Part shown: piece by piece, positions 31,316-38,491 of the stretch
Layout: each line of letters opens with the position of its first letter
How positions within the stretch are numbered: the first letter of the stretch is position 1
Source of the DNA: Pirellulales bacterium
Lineage (GTDB): Bacteria > Planctomycetota > Planctomycetia > Pirellulales > Thermoguttaceae
Length of the DNA: 38,491 bases
Assembly (NCBI GenBank): GCA_030605745.1
Contig: JAUWHT010000330.1
Location: 1-38,491 of the forward strand
Reading direction: 5' to 3'
Program-made: the position numbers and the translations under genes
The notes under the pieces: model-generated
The model's input: only the letters and a program-made list of their open reading frames with translations
Database searches by the model: none
What the model was told of the DNA's origin: nothing

Positions 31316-32794
31316 ATGAAGAATGGAGTTTTCTGTGGAGATCAGACCACCCTGGCAGCCGGACATGGCTCAAAATGCCAGCGTGCGCTCTTGCACCCGT
31401 GGAGCCACTCTGACACGCCAGGCGCTCATCTGGTCGGCATTGCCGGTGCCGGGATGCGGGCGTTGGCCGACGTGTTGCTGGGATGGGGCTGGAAACTTAG
31501 CGGGTCTGACCTGGCGATCGGGTCGGTGCGGGAACTCGCTCGTGATGGAGTACGACTGAGCGAAGGCCACGCCGCCGAAAACCTTCCGCCAGAAACCGAA
31601 CTGGTTGTCTACAGCGATGCCATTGCGGCCGGGAACCCTGAACTCCATCGGGCCGACGAACTGGGTATCCCCACGTGCAGTTACTTCGAGATGCTCGGCC
31701 GGCTCAGTTCGGACAAAGAGTGCCTGGCGGTGGCCGGGACGCACGGCAAGTCGACCGTCACCGCCATGGCCGCCGAGGTGCTTGTGGAGGCCGGCTGGGA
31801 TCCGACTATGTTCTGCGGGGCCGCCCCGATGGGCCGGCGCTCCGGCGGACGCGCCGGCAGCGGCGAGTTGGTACTGGTCGAGGCGTGCGAGTATCGGGCC
31901 AATTTCCTCCATCTGCGGCCCAGCTTGGCTGTGATCCTGGGCATCGAGCCGGACCATTTCGATTGTTACGACTCGCCGAATGAGTTGGAACACGCCTTCG
32001 CACGATTTGCCCGAATGGTGCCTCGCCGCGGCCTGGTCCTGGCCCGGCACGACTGTGCGGCTACCCGCCGGGTCATCGGGGAATTGTCCTGCCGGGTAGA
32101 GACCTTCGGCACCGACGCGGCGGCCGACTGGTCGGCCAGAAATCTGGCGCACCGGCGGGGTCGGTACGGCTTCGAAGTGCGTCACCAGGGTCGGTATCTG
32201 TGCGACGTAAAACTGCGAGTCCCCGGTCGGCACAACGTGCTGAACGCCCTGGCCGCGGCGGCCTTGGCCTGGGAGAACGACGTGCCGGCGGAGCGGATCG
32301 CCCGGTCGCTGGGCCGTTTCCGCGGTCTGCACCGGCGGCTGGAGGTGCGTGGCAGCTTCGCGGGTGTGCTGCTGGTGGACGATTACGCGCACCACCCGAC
32401 CGAAGTTGCCGCCTCGCTGGCGGCGGTTCGCCGGATGGCCCCCGGGCGGCCGGTGTGGTGCGTATTCCAACCCCATCAGGTCTCGCGAACGGAACACTTA
32501 CTGGACGAACTGGCCGAGAGTCTGCAAAATGCCGAGGTGGTGTTGGTGGCGGAGATTTTCCGTGCCCGGGAGGGGCCCCCTCACGACGGGGAAGTGACGG
32601 CGGCCGATCTGGCCCGGCTGGTCCGTGCCCGGGGCGTCGAGGTCCCATCGCTGCACGCCGTCGAGGAAATCACCCGGCTGCTGGAGATCCGGCTCGCCCC
32701 GGGCGACGTACTGATCACCATGGGTGCGGGCGATATAGGAAAAATTTGTGATGGCTTTGATAACCGGCTTCGAGCGGATCGTGCAGCGGGATGA
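31316..32794 (+). CDS. murC: UDP-N-acetylmuramate--L-alanine ligase
   Basis: VGIAGAGMRALADVLLGWGWKLSGSD, VAGTHGKSTVTAM and DDYAHHPTEV are Mur ligase/MurC motifs. The N-terminal roughly 30 aa are unusual, so a later start such as TTG 31391 is possible. Confidence 0.9.
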   Translation: MKNGVFCGDQTTLAAGHGSKCQRALLHPWSHSDTPGAHLVGIAGAGMRALADVLLGWGWKLSGSDLAIGSVRELARDGVRLSEGHAAENLPPETELVVYSDAIAAGNPELHRADELGIPTCSYFEMLGRLSSDKECLAVAGTHGKSTVTAMAAEVLVEAGWDPTMFCGAAPMGRRSGGRAGSGELVLVEACEYRANFLHLRPSLAVILGIEPDHFDCYDSPNELEHAFARFARMVPRRGLVLARHDCAATRRVIGELSCRVETFGTDAAADWSARNLAHRRGRYGFEVRHQGRYLCDVKLRVPGRHNVLNALAAAALAWENDVPAERIARSLGRFRGLHRRLEVRGSFAGVLLVDDYAHHPTEVAASLAAVRRMAPGRPVWCVFQPHQVSRTEHLLDELAESLQNAEVVLVAEIFRAREGPPHDGEVTAADLARLVRARGVEVPSLHAVEEITRLLEIRLAPGDVLITMGAGDIGKICDGFDNRLRADRAAG

Positions 32795-33629
32795 GCCGCT
32801 GGCGATGCACACCTGGTTCCAATTGGGCGGCCCGGCAGAGTATTTTGCCGAGCCGGACGACGTCGACCAACTGATCGCACTGGTGAAGCGCTGCCACGAG
32901 GAAGGGGTTCCCGTCCGGCTGCTGGGCCGAGGGTCCAACGTGCTGGTCCGCGACGAGGGTGTGCCGGGGCTGGTGCTGCGGCTGTCCGCGCCCGCCTTCT
33001 GCAAAATCGAGGTCCAAGGACGGTCGATCACCGCCGGCGGCGGGGCCAAGCTGGGGCGGGTGATCACCACGGCGGTCCACCGGGGGCTGGCCGGGTTGGA
33101 AATGCTGATCGGCATTCCCGGCACGCTCGGCGGCGCCCTGCACGGAAACGCCGGCACACACGGCGGCGACGTCGGACAATGGACCACCCGGGCCACTGTC
33201 ATTACCCACACCGGAGAAGTTTCGCAGCACGGCCACGACGAGCTGGTCTTCGAATACCGCCAGAGCAGCCTCGACGAACTGGTTATCCTCGAAGCCGGTT
33301 TCCAACTCGAAGAGGAAGACCCACGGGAACTTGCCCGGCGAATGCAGAAGCAGTGGATCGTCAAGAAGGCCGCTCAGCCGATGGGCCACCAGTGTGCCGG
33401 CTGCGTGTTCAAGAATCCCCGCGGCACCAGCGCCGGCGAGTCGATTGAAGAAGCGGGGCTGAAAGGTACACGCGTCGGCGGCGCCGTGGTCAGCGACCGG
33501 CATGCCAACTTCATTGTCGCCGAACCCGAGTGCACCAGCCAGGACGTGCTGCGGCTGATCGAACTGGTCTGCGGCCAGGTCCACGACCGGCTGGGGATAG
33601 AACTCGAGCGCGAATTGGAGGTCTGGTAG
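32748..33629 (+). CDS. murB: UDP-N-acetylenolpyruvoylglucosamine reductase
   Basis: HTWFQLGGPAEYFAEP, LLGRGSNVLVRDEG, AGCVFKNP and HANFIV are MurB motifs. It overlaps the murC 3' end by 47 nt. Confidence 0.92.
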   Translation: MMALITGFERIVQRDEPLAMHTWFQLGGPAEYFAEPDDVDQLIALVKRCHEEGVPVRLLGRGSNVLVRDEGVPGLVLRLSAPAFCKIEVQGRSITAGGGAKLGRVITTAVHRGLAGLEMLIGIPGTLGGALHGNAGTHGGDVGQWTTRATVITHTGEVSQHGHDELVFEYRQSSLDELVILEAGFQLEEEDPRELARRMQKQWIVKKAAQPMGHQCAGCVFKNPRGTSAGESIEEAGLKGTRVGGAVVSDRHANFIVAEPECTSQDVLRLIELVCGQVHDRLGIELERELEVW

Positions 33630-33674
33630 GCAGTGAGGGGGTGGCAATTCATTGCCACCTTAAGTGGTTTGTTC

Positions 33675-34583
33675 ATGCGCGCATCAAAGAAGCGAAAAAG
33701 AAAACCCTCCCCGCTTCCCACCAGGTCGAACCGGTTGGTCTCGCTGCTCTGGGGTCGTGGTCGACCGGTTACGCTGGCAGTGTTGACGGCGCTGGTGCTA
33801 CTGTCCGCATGGTGCGCGGTGTGGCACAGCACCGGGGTCCGCGAGTATATCTTCACGTTCGGCGACTACGAGGTGACCCCACAGAAAGTGGAAATCACGC
33901 CGCTGCCTGACTGGATTCACACGGACATCCGCAGCGAGGTGTTTCGCAACGCCAGCCTGGACGGCCCGCTGTCGATCATGGACGAAGACCTTGCGGAGCG
34001 AGTTGCCGGCGCGTTCTCGTTGCATCCCTGGGTGGCCAAGGTTCGCCGGGTGACGAAGCACCATCCGGCACGGCTGGTCGTCGAATTGGATTATCGTCGG
34101 CCGGTTTGCATGGTCGAGGTGCCCAACGGATTGCTGCCGGTTGATGCCTGGGGCGTGCTGCTGCCAGTGGCCGACTTCTCGCCCGTCGAGGCCAGCCGCT
34201 ACCCGCGCCTGGTCGACATTAAGACGGTTCCCGTGGGAACGGTGGGCGAGTGCTGGGGCGACGCGCGAGTGATCGGCGGTGCAGAAATCGCGGCCGCGCT
34301 GCGCGAGGCCTGGGCCGAGTTGAAGCTCTCGCAGATCGTGCCCTCCGCCCCCTTGGCCACCAGTGTCGGGGAGGCGTCTACCTATACCCTATTGACCCGG
34401 GGCGGCACACGGATCCGTTGGGGTCGGGCGCCAAGCACCAGCGCACCCGGCGAACTGCCGGCTGCCGACAAAGTTGCTCGGCTTAAAGAGTACGTGACCC
34501 GGCACGGAACCTTGGAAGGCCGCGAGGGACCACAAGAACTCGACGTTCACAGCCTGCCAGTTTCGTCCCGGCCAAAACTGTAG
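33675..34583 (+). CDS. FtsQ/DivIB-like cell division protein (basic N-terminus, one TM segment, POTRA-like domain)
   Basis: The basic N-terminus is RASKKRKRKPSP and the TM segment is VTLAVLTALVLLSAWCAVW. LHPWVAKVRRVTKHHPARLVVELDYRRPVCMVE resembles the FtsQ POTRA core. It sits at the canonical position after murB. The alternative start is GTG 33633. Confidence 0.6.
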   Translation: MRASKKRKRKPSPLPTRSNRLVSLLWGRGRPVTLAVLTALVLLSAWCAVWHSTGVREYIFTFGDYEVTPQKVEITPLPDWIHTDIRSEVFRNASLDGPLSIMDEDLAERVAGAFSLHPWVAKVRRVTKHHPARLVVELDYRRPVCMVEVPNGLLPVDAWGVLLPVADFSPVEASRYPRLVDIKTVPVGTVGECWGDARVIGGAEIAAALREAWAELKLSQIVPSAPLATSVGEASTYTLLTRGGTRIRWGRAPSTSAPGELPAADKVARLKEYVTRHGTLEGREGPQELDVHSLPVSSRPKL

Positions 34584-34629
34584 GAGGCGTTACCAACACT
34601 AACTCTGACGCAATCGAGGAAGACACCAT

Positions 34630-34708
34630 GGAGACACGGAGTTCACGGAGAATACGAATGACGTAGAGTTCTATGATTAACGTTAAGCTCCGTGAACTCC
34701 GTGTCTCC
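34630..34708. terminator. perfect 21-bp inverted repeat between the convergent ftsQ-like gene and csrA
   Basis: GGAGACACGGAGTTCACGGAG (34630-34650) pairs with CTCCGTGAACTCCGTGTCTCC (34688-34708), with a 37-nt loop. The right arm encodes the last roughly 8 codons of csrA. Confidence 0.6.
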
Positions 34709-34904
34709 GTGGTGAACCTATGGTTGCAGTATTGTCCTGCCCGCTCGCCTTCAGTTGCCCCTTGATCTCTTCCCGCACGATCGGCATCTTCTGGGGTGCC
34801 TCGATGCCGATACGGACGATCCCCTGGGCAACGCGGACAACGGTCACTGTGACGTCGTCCCCGATAAGTATCTTCTCACCGACTTTTCGCGACAAAACCA
34901 GCAT
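34683..34904 (-). CDS. csrA: carbon storage regulator CsrA
   Basis: MLVLSRKVGEKILIGDDVTVTVVRVAQGIVRIGIEAPQKMPIVREEI closely parallels CsrA. ATG 34904 has AGGA about 8 nt upstream. The track start at 34973 adds 23 non-homologous residues. Confidence 0.92.
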   Translation of the reverse strand: MLVLSRKVGEKILIGDDVTVTVVRVAQGIVRIGIEAPQKMPIVREEIKGQLKASGQDNTATIGSPRRHGVHGA

Positions 34905-35139
34905 CGTGCCGTCCTGATCGGGGCCAGCAACCTCCCGGCGATCAAAATCCTCCGAGAAATCAATGCACGCCAAGACCCTACCACCCCATACTTAATAGGA
35001 TAGCACTGCTAGCAGCAAAGTGCAATAGGGGTTCCTGTCTGCTGGGTCCGAAATTTCCCTGTGGATGGGACGCAAAGATGGTTCAGTTAAGGGGTTTGGC
35101 GAAGAATTGTGGGTCTGGCAATATTTTCGGGCAGCCTAT

Positions 35140-35211
35140 TGTAGGAGGCGACTCCAGTCGCCGATTGGAGCAGTTCTGGCAGTCCATCGGCGACTGGAGT
35201 CGCCTCCTACA
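35140..35211. repeat. perfect 26-bp inverted repeat with self-complementary arms
   Basis: TGTAGGAGGCGACTCCAGTCGCCGAT (35140-35165) pairs with ATCGGCGACTGGAGTCGCCTCCTACA (35186-35211). Each arm contains GGCGACT CC AGTCGCC. A half-site TGTAGGAGGCG also occurs at 34579-34589. Confidence 0.9.
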
Positions 35212-35330
35212 AGCTATTTCGGCTCGGGGAACGCAATTTTGCCACACCCAGAATTGCCGGAAGTGCAGTCCACGGTTGGCCAACGTACGAGATTACGGTA
35301 CAATAGTCAAACACAAGGTTAAGTAACAAA

Positions 35331-35657
35331 ATGCCTGTAGATTCAACCACTGTTGTCGATGCGCTAGCCGGAACCAGTGCCCCGAACAGGGAGGTCGAAC
35401 GCAAGCTGGCCGAGTTAGCACTGGGGATCGTCTGCGCCTTGGAAGAGTTGCAGACCTCGGTCGAACAGGCTGAGAGAGACTTATTCAACCTCGAAACCTA
35501 TAACGCCGCCAAGAGCAGACGTCTGGGGCCGGACCTAATCGAGTTGCTCGAGTGGGGCATGGAGTTGGAGAACGTCCAAGACCTGGCGCCGGAAGGACTG
35601 AGCGAGAGCTACGAGAAAATGAAGCTGCTCGCACGGCGGGTAATCTTGAATTCGTAG
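35331..35657 (+). CDS. hypothetical small acidic helical protein
   Basis: 108-aa ORF with plausible composition, ending 16 nt before the next gene. No family recognised and no clear SD. Confidence 0.4.
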   Translation: MPVDSTTVVDALAGTSAPNREVERKLAELALGIVCALEELQTSVEQAERDLFNLETYNAAKSRRLGPDLIELLEWGMELENVQDLAPEGLSESYEKMKLLARRVILNS

Positions 35658-35673
35658 CATATGGGAGCACGTC

Positions 35674-37521
35674 ATGAAAACAATGCAGGGAATACTGGTA
35701 GTTGTGCTGGTTCTTCTGGCTTTGGCTACTTCCGCCCGCGGTGCCGAGAACGTGAAAACCGTTTTGGTCGAGGCCGAGGGCTTTGAGAACCTCGGCGGCT
35801 GGGTGGTCGACCAGCAGTTCATCGACCAGATGGGCTCGCCGATGCTGCTGGCCCATGGGCTGGGCGTTCCGGTCGAAGATGCCACCACCACGGTCGAGTT
35901 CCCCGCGGCCGGAACGTATCGTGTGTGGGTGCGGACCCGCGACTGGGTCGCCCCGTGGAATGCGCCGGGGGCGCCGGGCAGGTTCCAACTGCTGCTGGAC
36001 GGCAAGCCGCTGAAAACCACCTTTGGAACCGAGGGGGCCCGGTGGCATTGGCAAGATGGTGGGACGGTCGAGATCACCGGCAAGAAAGTCACGCTTGCCC
36101 TACACGACCTGACAGGCTTCGACGGCCGTTGCGATGCGATCATTTTCTCGACCGATACGGGTTTCACCACGCCGCAGGACAACCAATTGGCCACATTCCG
36201 TAAGAAGTTTCTTGACCTGCCAGATATTCCCGAGGACGCCGGCCGGTTCGACCTGGTGGTAGTCGGCGGGGGCATTGCGGGCACATGCACCGCGATTTCG
36301 GCCGCACGGCTGGGGCTTGAGGTGGCCCTGATCCAGAACCGGCCCGTGCTCGGCGGCAACAACAGTTCAGAGATCCGGGTCGGTATCGCCGGCAAGATAC
36401 AGCAGCCGCCCTATCCGGCCTTGGGTGGCGTGGTCCGGGAAATCAGTCCCAGCCGTGGCGGTGCCCAACCGTCAGCAACTCACAATGCCCAACCGGCAGC
36501 CACCTACCAGGACAACAAGAAACTCCGCCTGGTCCAGGCCGAAAAGAACCTGCATCTGTTCCTCAATACGCACGCCTACAAGGTCGAAAAAGATGGAAAT
36601 CGCATCGTTGCGGTGATCGCCCGACATATCCGCACCAATAAGGAATTGCGATTCTCCGCGCCGCTGTTTGCCGACTGCACCGGCGACGGCAACATCGGCT
36701 ACCTGGCTGGGGCCGACCATCGCTACGGGCGCGAAAGCCGCCGGCAAACCGGCGAATCGCTGGCGCCGGAAAGGCCCGACCGGCAGACCATGGGCACCTC
36801 GGTGATGTGGTGCTCCGTGGAGGCTGACACGCCGACGGCATTTCCCGATTGCCCCTGGGCCGTTCAGTTCAGCGAGAAAAACTACCAACGGGCGATCTCC
36901 GGCAACTGGAACTGGGAAACCGGTTTCCGTCACAACCAGGTCGATCAGTTTGAGTATGTCCGCGATCATGGTCTGCGGGCCGTTTTCGGCAACTGGGCGT
37001 TCCAGAAAAACCATGCCCCGGACAAAGCAAAATACGGCAACCGAAAGCTCGGCTGGGTGGCTTACGTCGGCGGCAAGCGGGAATCACGCCGCCTGCTGGG
37101 CGACGTGGTCCTGCGCCAACAAGACGTCGACCAGCGCAAGCCGTTTCCCGACGCCTGTGTGACTACCACCTGGGGGATCGACCTACACTACCCAATCCAG
37201 TCCGATCAATTCCCCGGCCGGGAATTCCGCTCTGAGGCCAAGTTCCACCATATCAAGCCGTACGCAATTCCGTACCGCTGCCTGTACAGCCGCAATGTGG
37301 AAAACTTGTTTATGGCCGGGCGGGACATCAGCGTTACCCACGTGGCGCTGGGGACGGTCCGCGTGATGGGAACTTGCGGCATGATGGGCGAGGTCGTCGG
37401 TATGGCGGCCGCGGTATGTAGGAAACACGGCGCCAATCCACGCGGCGTCTACCAAAGCCACCTGGACGATCTGAAGCAACTGATGACCCGAGGCGTCGGC
37501 AAACTGCCGCTGCCGGAGTGA
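35674..37521 (+). CDS. secreted FAD-dependent oxidoreductase with an N-terminal beta-sandwich (CBM-like) domain
   Basis: The signal peptide is MKTMQGILVVVLVLLALATSARG. The dinucleotide-binding motif is DLVVVGGGIAGTCTAISAARLGLEVALIQNRPVLGGN. GGGAG lies 6 nt upstream of the ATG. Confidence 0.8.
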   Translation: MKTMQGILVVVLVLLALATSARGAENVKTVLVEAEGFENLGGWVVDQQFIDQMGSPMLLAHGLGVPVEDATTTVEFPAAGTYRVWVRTRDWVAPWNAPGAPGRFQLLLDGKPLKTTFGTEGARWHWQDGGTVEITGKKVTLALHDLTGFDGRCDAIIFSTDTGFTTPQDNQLATFRKKFLDLPDIPEDAGRFDLVVVGGGIAGTCTAISAARLGLEVALIQNRPVLGGNNSSEIRVGIAGKIQQPPYPALGGVVREISPSRGGAQPSATHNAQPAATYQDNKKLRLVQAEKNLHLFLNTHAYKVEKDGNRIVAVIARHIRTNKELRFSAPLFADCTGDGNIGYLAGADHRYGRESRRQTGESLAPERPDRQTMGTSVMWCSVEADTPTAFPDCPWAVQFSEKNYQRAISGNWNWETGFRHNQVDQFEYVRDHGLRAVFGNWAFQKNHAPDKAKYGNRKLGWVAYVGGKRESRRLLGDVVLRQQDVDQRKPFPDACVTTTWGIDLHYPIQSDQFPGREFRSEAKFHHIKPYAIPYRCLYSRNVENLFMAGRDISVTHVALGTVRVMGTCGMMGEVVGMAAAVCRKHGANPRGVYQSHLDDLKQLMTRGVGKLPLPE

Positions 37522-37560
37522 CCTGAGGAGCAAGTGGAATCGTTGACTTCGAGCAAATAG

Positions 37561-37624
37561 CCCCGCCCGGAAGGGTGGGGTTGGCGGCGTCGACCATAAC
37601 GGAACCCCACCCTTCCGGGCGGGG
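37561..37624. repeat. perfect 22-bp inverted repeat
   Basis: CCCCGCCCGGAAGGGTGGGGTT (37561-37582) pairs with AACCCCACCCTTCCGGGCGGGG (37603-37624). The arms are themselves near self-complementary. Confidence 0.9.
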
Positions 37625-37720
37625 TTATGGGCGAGTCACGCAGGGGCTGGCGGCCCGATGGCCTAACCGCTACCATGGAGTACTTACGAACATCCACAAT
37701 TGGTTTTCTAGGAGGGATTT

Positions 37721-38353
37721 ATGTCTGATCCTGCGGAACTGTACGACGCAATTTTGACCGGAAACGCCAAGAAGGCGGAGGAAATCGCCAAGGCCGTGCT
37801 GGAGGCCAAGGTCGATCCGAGTGAAATTGTCCAAAAACACATGATTCCGGCCATGGACGAGGTCGGAAAGCGATTCGAGAGCAACGAATATTTTGTGCCC
37901 GAGCTGTTGATTGCCGCCAGGGCGATGAAGACCGCCCTGGAACTCATCACGCCACATCTGGTCGCAGCCGGGGTGGAGCCGGCCGGGCGGGTGGTAATCG
38001 GCACGGTCCAGGGCGACCTGCACGATATCGGTAAGAACTTGGTGGCCTCGATGCTCGAAGGCGGCGGGTTCCAGGTCGTCGACCTGGGCGTAGACGTGCC
38101 GCCGGAAAAGTTCGTCGAAGCCGTCCGGGAAAAGGGCGGCACCATTCTGGCCCTCTCCGCGCTGCTGACCACCACGATGACCATGATGAAGACCGTCATC
38201 GAGGCGCTTCAGAAGGCCGGCATCCGCGACGCGACCAAAGTGATAATCGGCGGTGCCCCAATTACCCAACAGTACGCCGACGAGATCGGCGCCGACGGCT
38301 ACAGCGACAACGCCAGCGCCGCGGTGGCCGTGGCACGAGAATTGACCAGCTAA
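37721..38353 (+). CDS. cobalamin (B12)-binding corrinoid protein (methyltransferase-associated type)
   Basis: 210 aa with a helical cap domain plus a Rossmann B12-binding domain. GDLHDIGKNLV is the D-x-H-x-x-G motif, and SALLTTTM and IIGGAP are also present. AGGAGGG lies upstream of the ATG. Confidence 0.85.
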   Translation: MSDPAELYDAILTGNAKKAEEIAKAVLEAKVDPSEIVQKHMIPAMDEVGKRFESNEYFVPELLIAARAMKTALELITPHLVAAGVEPAGRVVIGTVQGDLHDIGKNLVASMLEGGGFQVVDLGVDVPPEKFVEAVREKGGTILALSALLTTTMTMMKTVIEALQKAGIRDATKVIIGGAPITQQYADEIGADGYSDNASAAVAVARELTS

Positions 38354-38365
38354 GGACCCGCGCAG

Positions 38366-38487
38366 AAATAAGCTGTACAAATTGGTGGCACGCCCTGAGG
38401 AACGAAGGGCGTGGCAAGGTGCCCCAAACACGCCCTTCGCTGCGCTCAGGGACGTGCCACTCTTGGTGGAATTCGTACAAGTTATTT
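38366..38487. repeat. long imperfect nested palindrome downstream of the corrinoid protein gene
   Basis: GTGGCACGCCCTGAG (38385-38399) faces CTCAGGGACGTGCCAC (38445-38460), with one indel. The inner repeat GAAGGGCGTG (38404-38413) / CACGCCCTTC (38429-38438) is perfect. The outer AAATAAGCTGTACAAATT / GAATTCGTACAAGTTATTT pair is partial. Confidence 0.75.
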
Positions 38488-38491
38488 GTGC

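Noticed and set aside
37522-37720. A cobalamin riboswitch upstream of the B12-binding corrinoid protein gene.
   Set aside because: I could not recognise a B12-box-like core. The only strong structure is the 22-bp perfect inverted repeat of the general intergenic palindrome class. A covariance-model search (Rfam RF00174) would be needed to exclude a riboswitch formally.
2842-38431. Many long ORFs lie antisense to, or overlap, the called genes. Examples are 2842..3909(+), 5493..6230(+), 7797..8453(-), 8021..8578(-), 9468..10151(-), 10668..11201(-), 13131..13958(-), 16125..16868(-), 20067..20978(+), 20297..21595(+), 21791..22531(+), 23177..23935(-), 24045..25364(+), 26351..27322(-), 27416..28321(-), 31370..32497(-), 32498..33364(-), 32715..33647(-), 35535..36395(-), 36472..37014(-) and 37670..38431(-).
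   Set aside because: These are shadow ORFs typical of high-GC DNA. Their translations are Arg/Pro/Gly/Ala-rich and low in complexity, with no recognisable motifs. In each case the opposite or overlapping frame encodes a clearly recognisable conserved protein.

Overview
This is a 38.5-kb chromosomal segment with high GC: sampled 60-nt lines in housekeeping genes give 65-70% GC. I annotate about 40 protein genes and one tRNA. Housekeeping content includes prs, a short glmU-like uridyltransferase, argB-argD-argF, mutS, uxaC, ffh-rpsP-trmD-rplS, yraN, an oppABC-like peptide transporter, purA, uppS, murC-murB with an FtsQ-like gene, and csrA. Peptidoglycan genes without ftsA/ftsZ, a DUF4838 protein and a secreted FAD oxidoreductase suggest a Planctomycetota-like organism; this is inference only.

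Accessory content is scattered through the window:
- A tyrosine integrase lies next to tRNA-Arg(CCT), followed by a LuxR/FixJ HTH fragment with no usable start codon.
- There are four toxin-antitoxin-type modules: mazEF, higBA, phd/vapC and DUF433-MNT-HEPN. The higB toxin is inactivated by a perfect 7-bp tandem duplication.
- A low-GC (about 47-53%) orphan gene of 377-402 aa lies in an islet between uppS and murC. This is my best candidate for an undescribed function.

The most pervasive unexplained structure is in the intergenic regions. Nearly every one carries a long GC-rich palindromic element of REPIN/BIME-like architecture. Several belong to recurring families, and many are built from 7-bp tandem units. 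Some donate stop codons or encode the C-terminal tails of adjacent ORFs.

All calls rest on reading the sequence and the ORF translations by eye. No database search was run.
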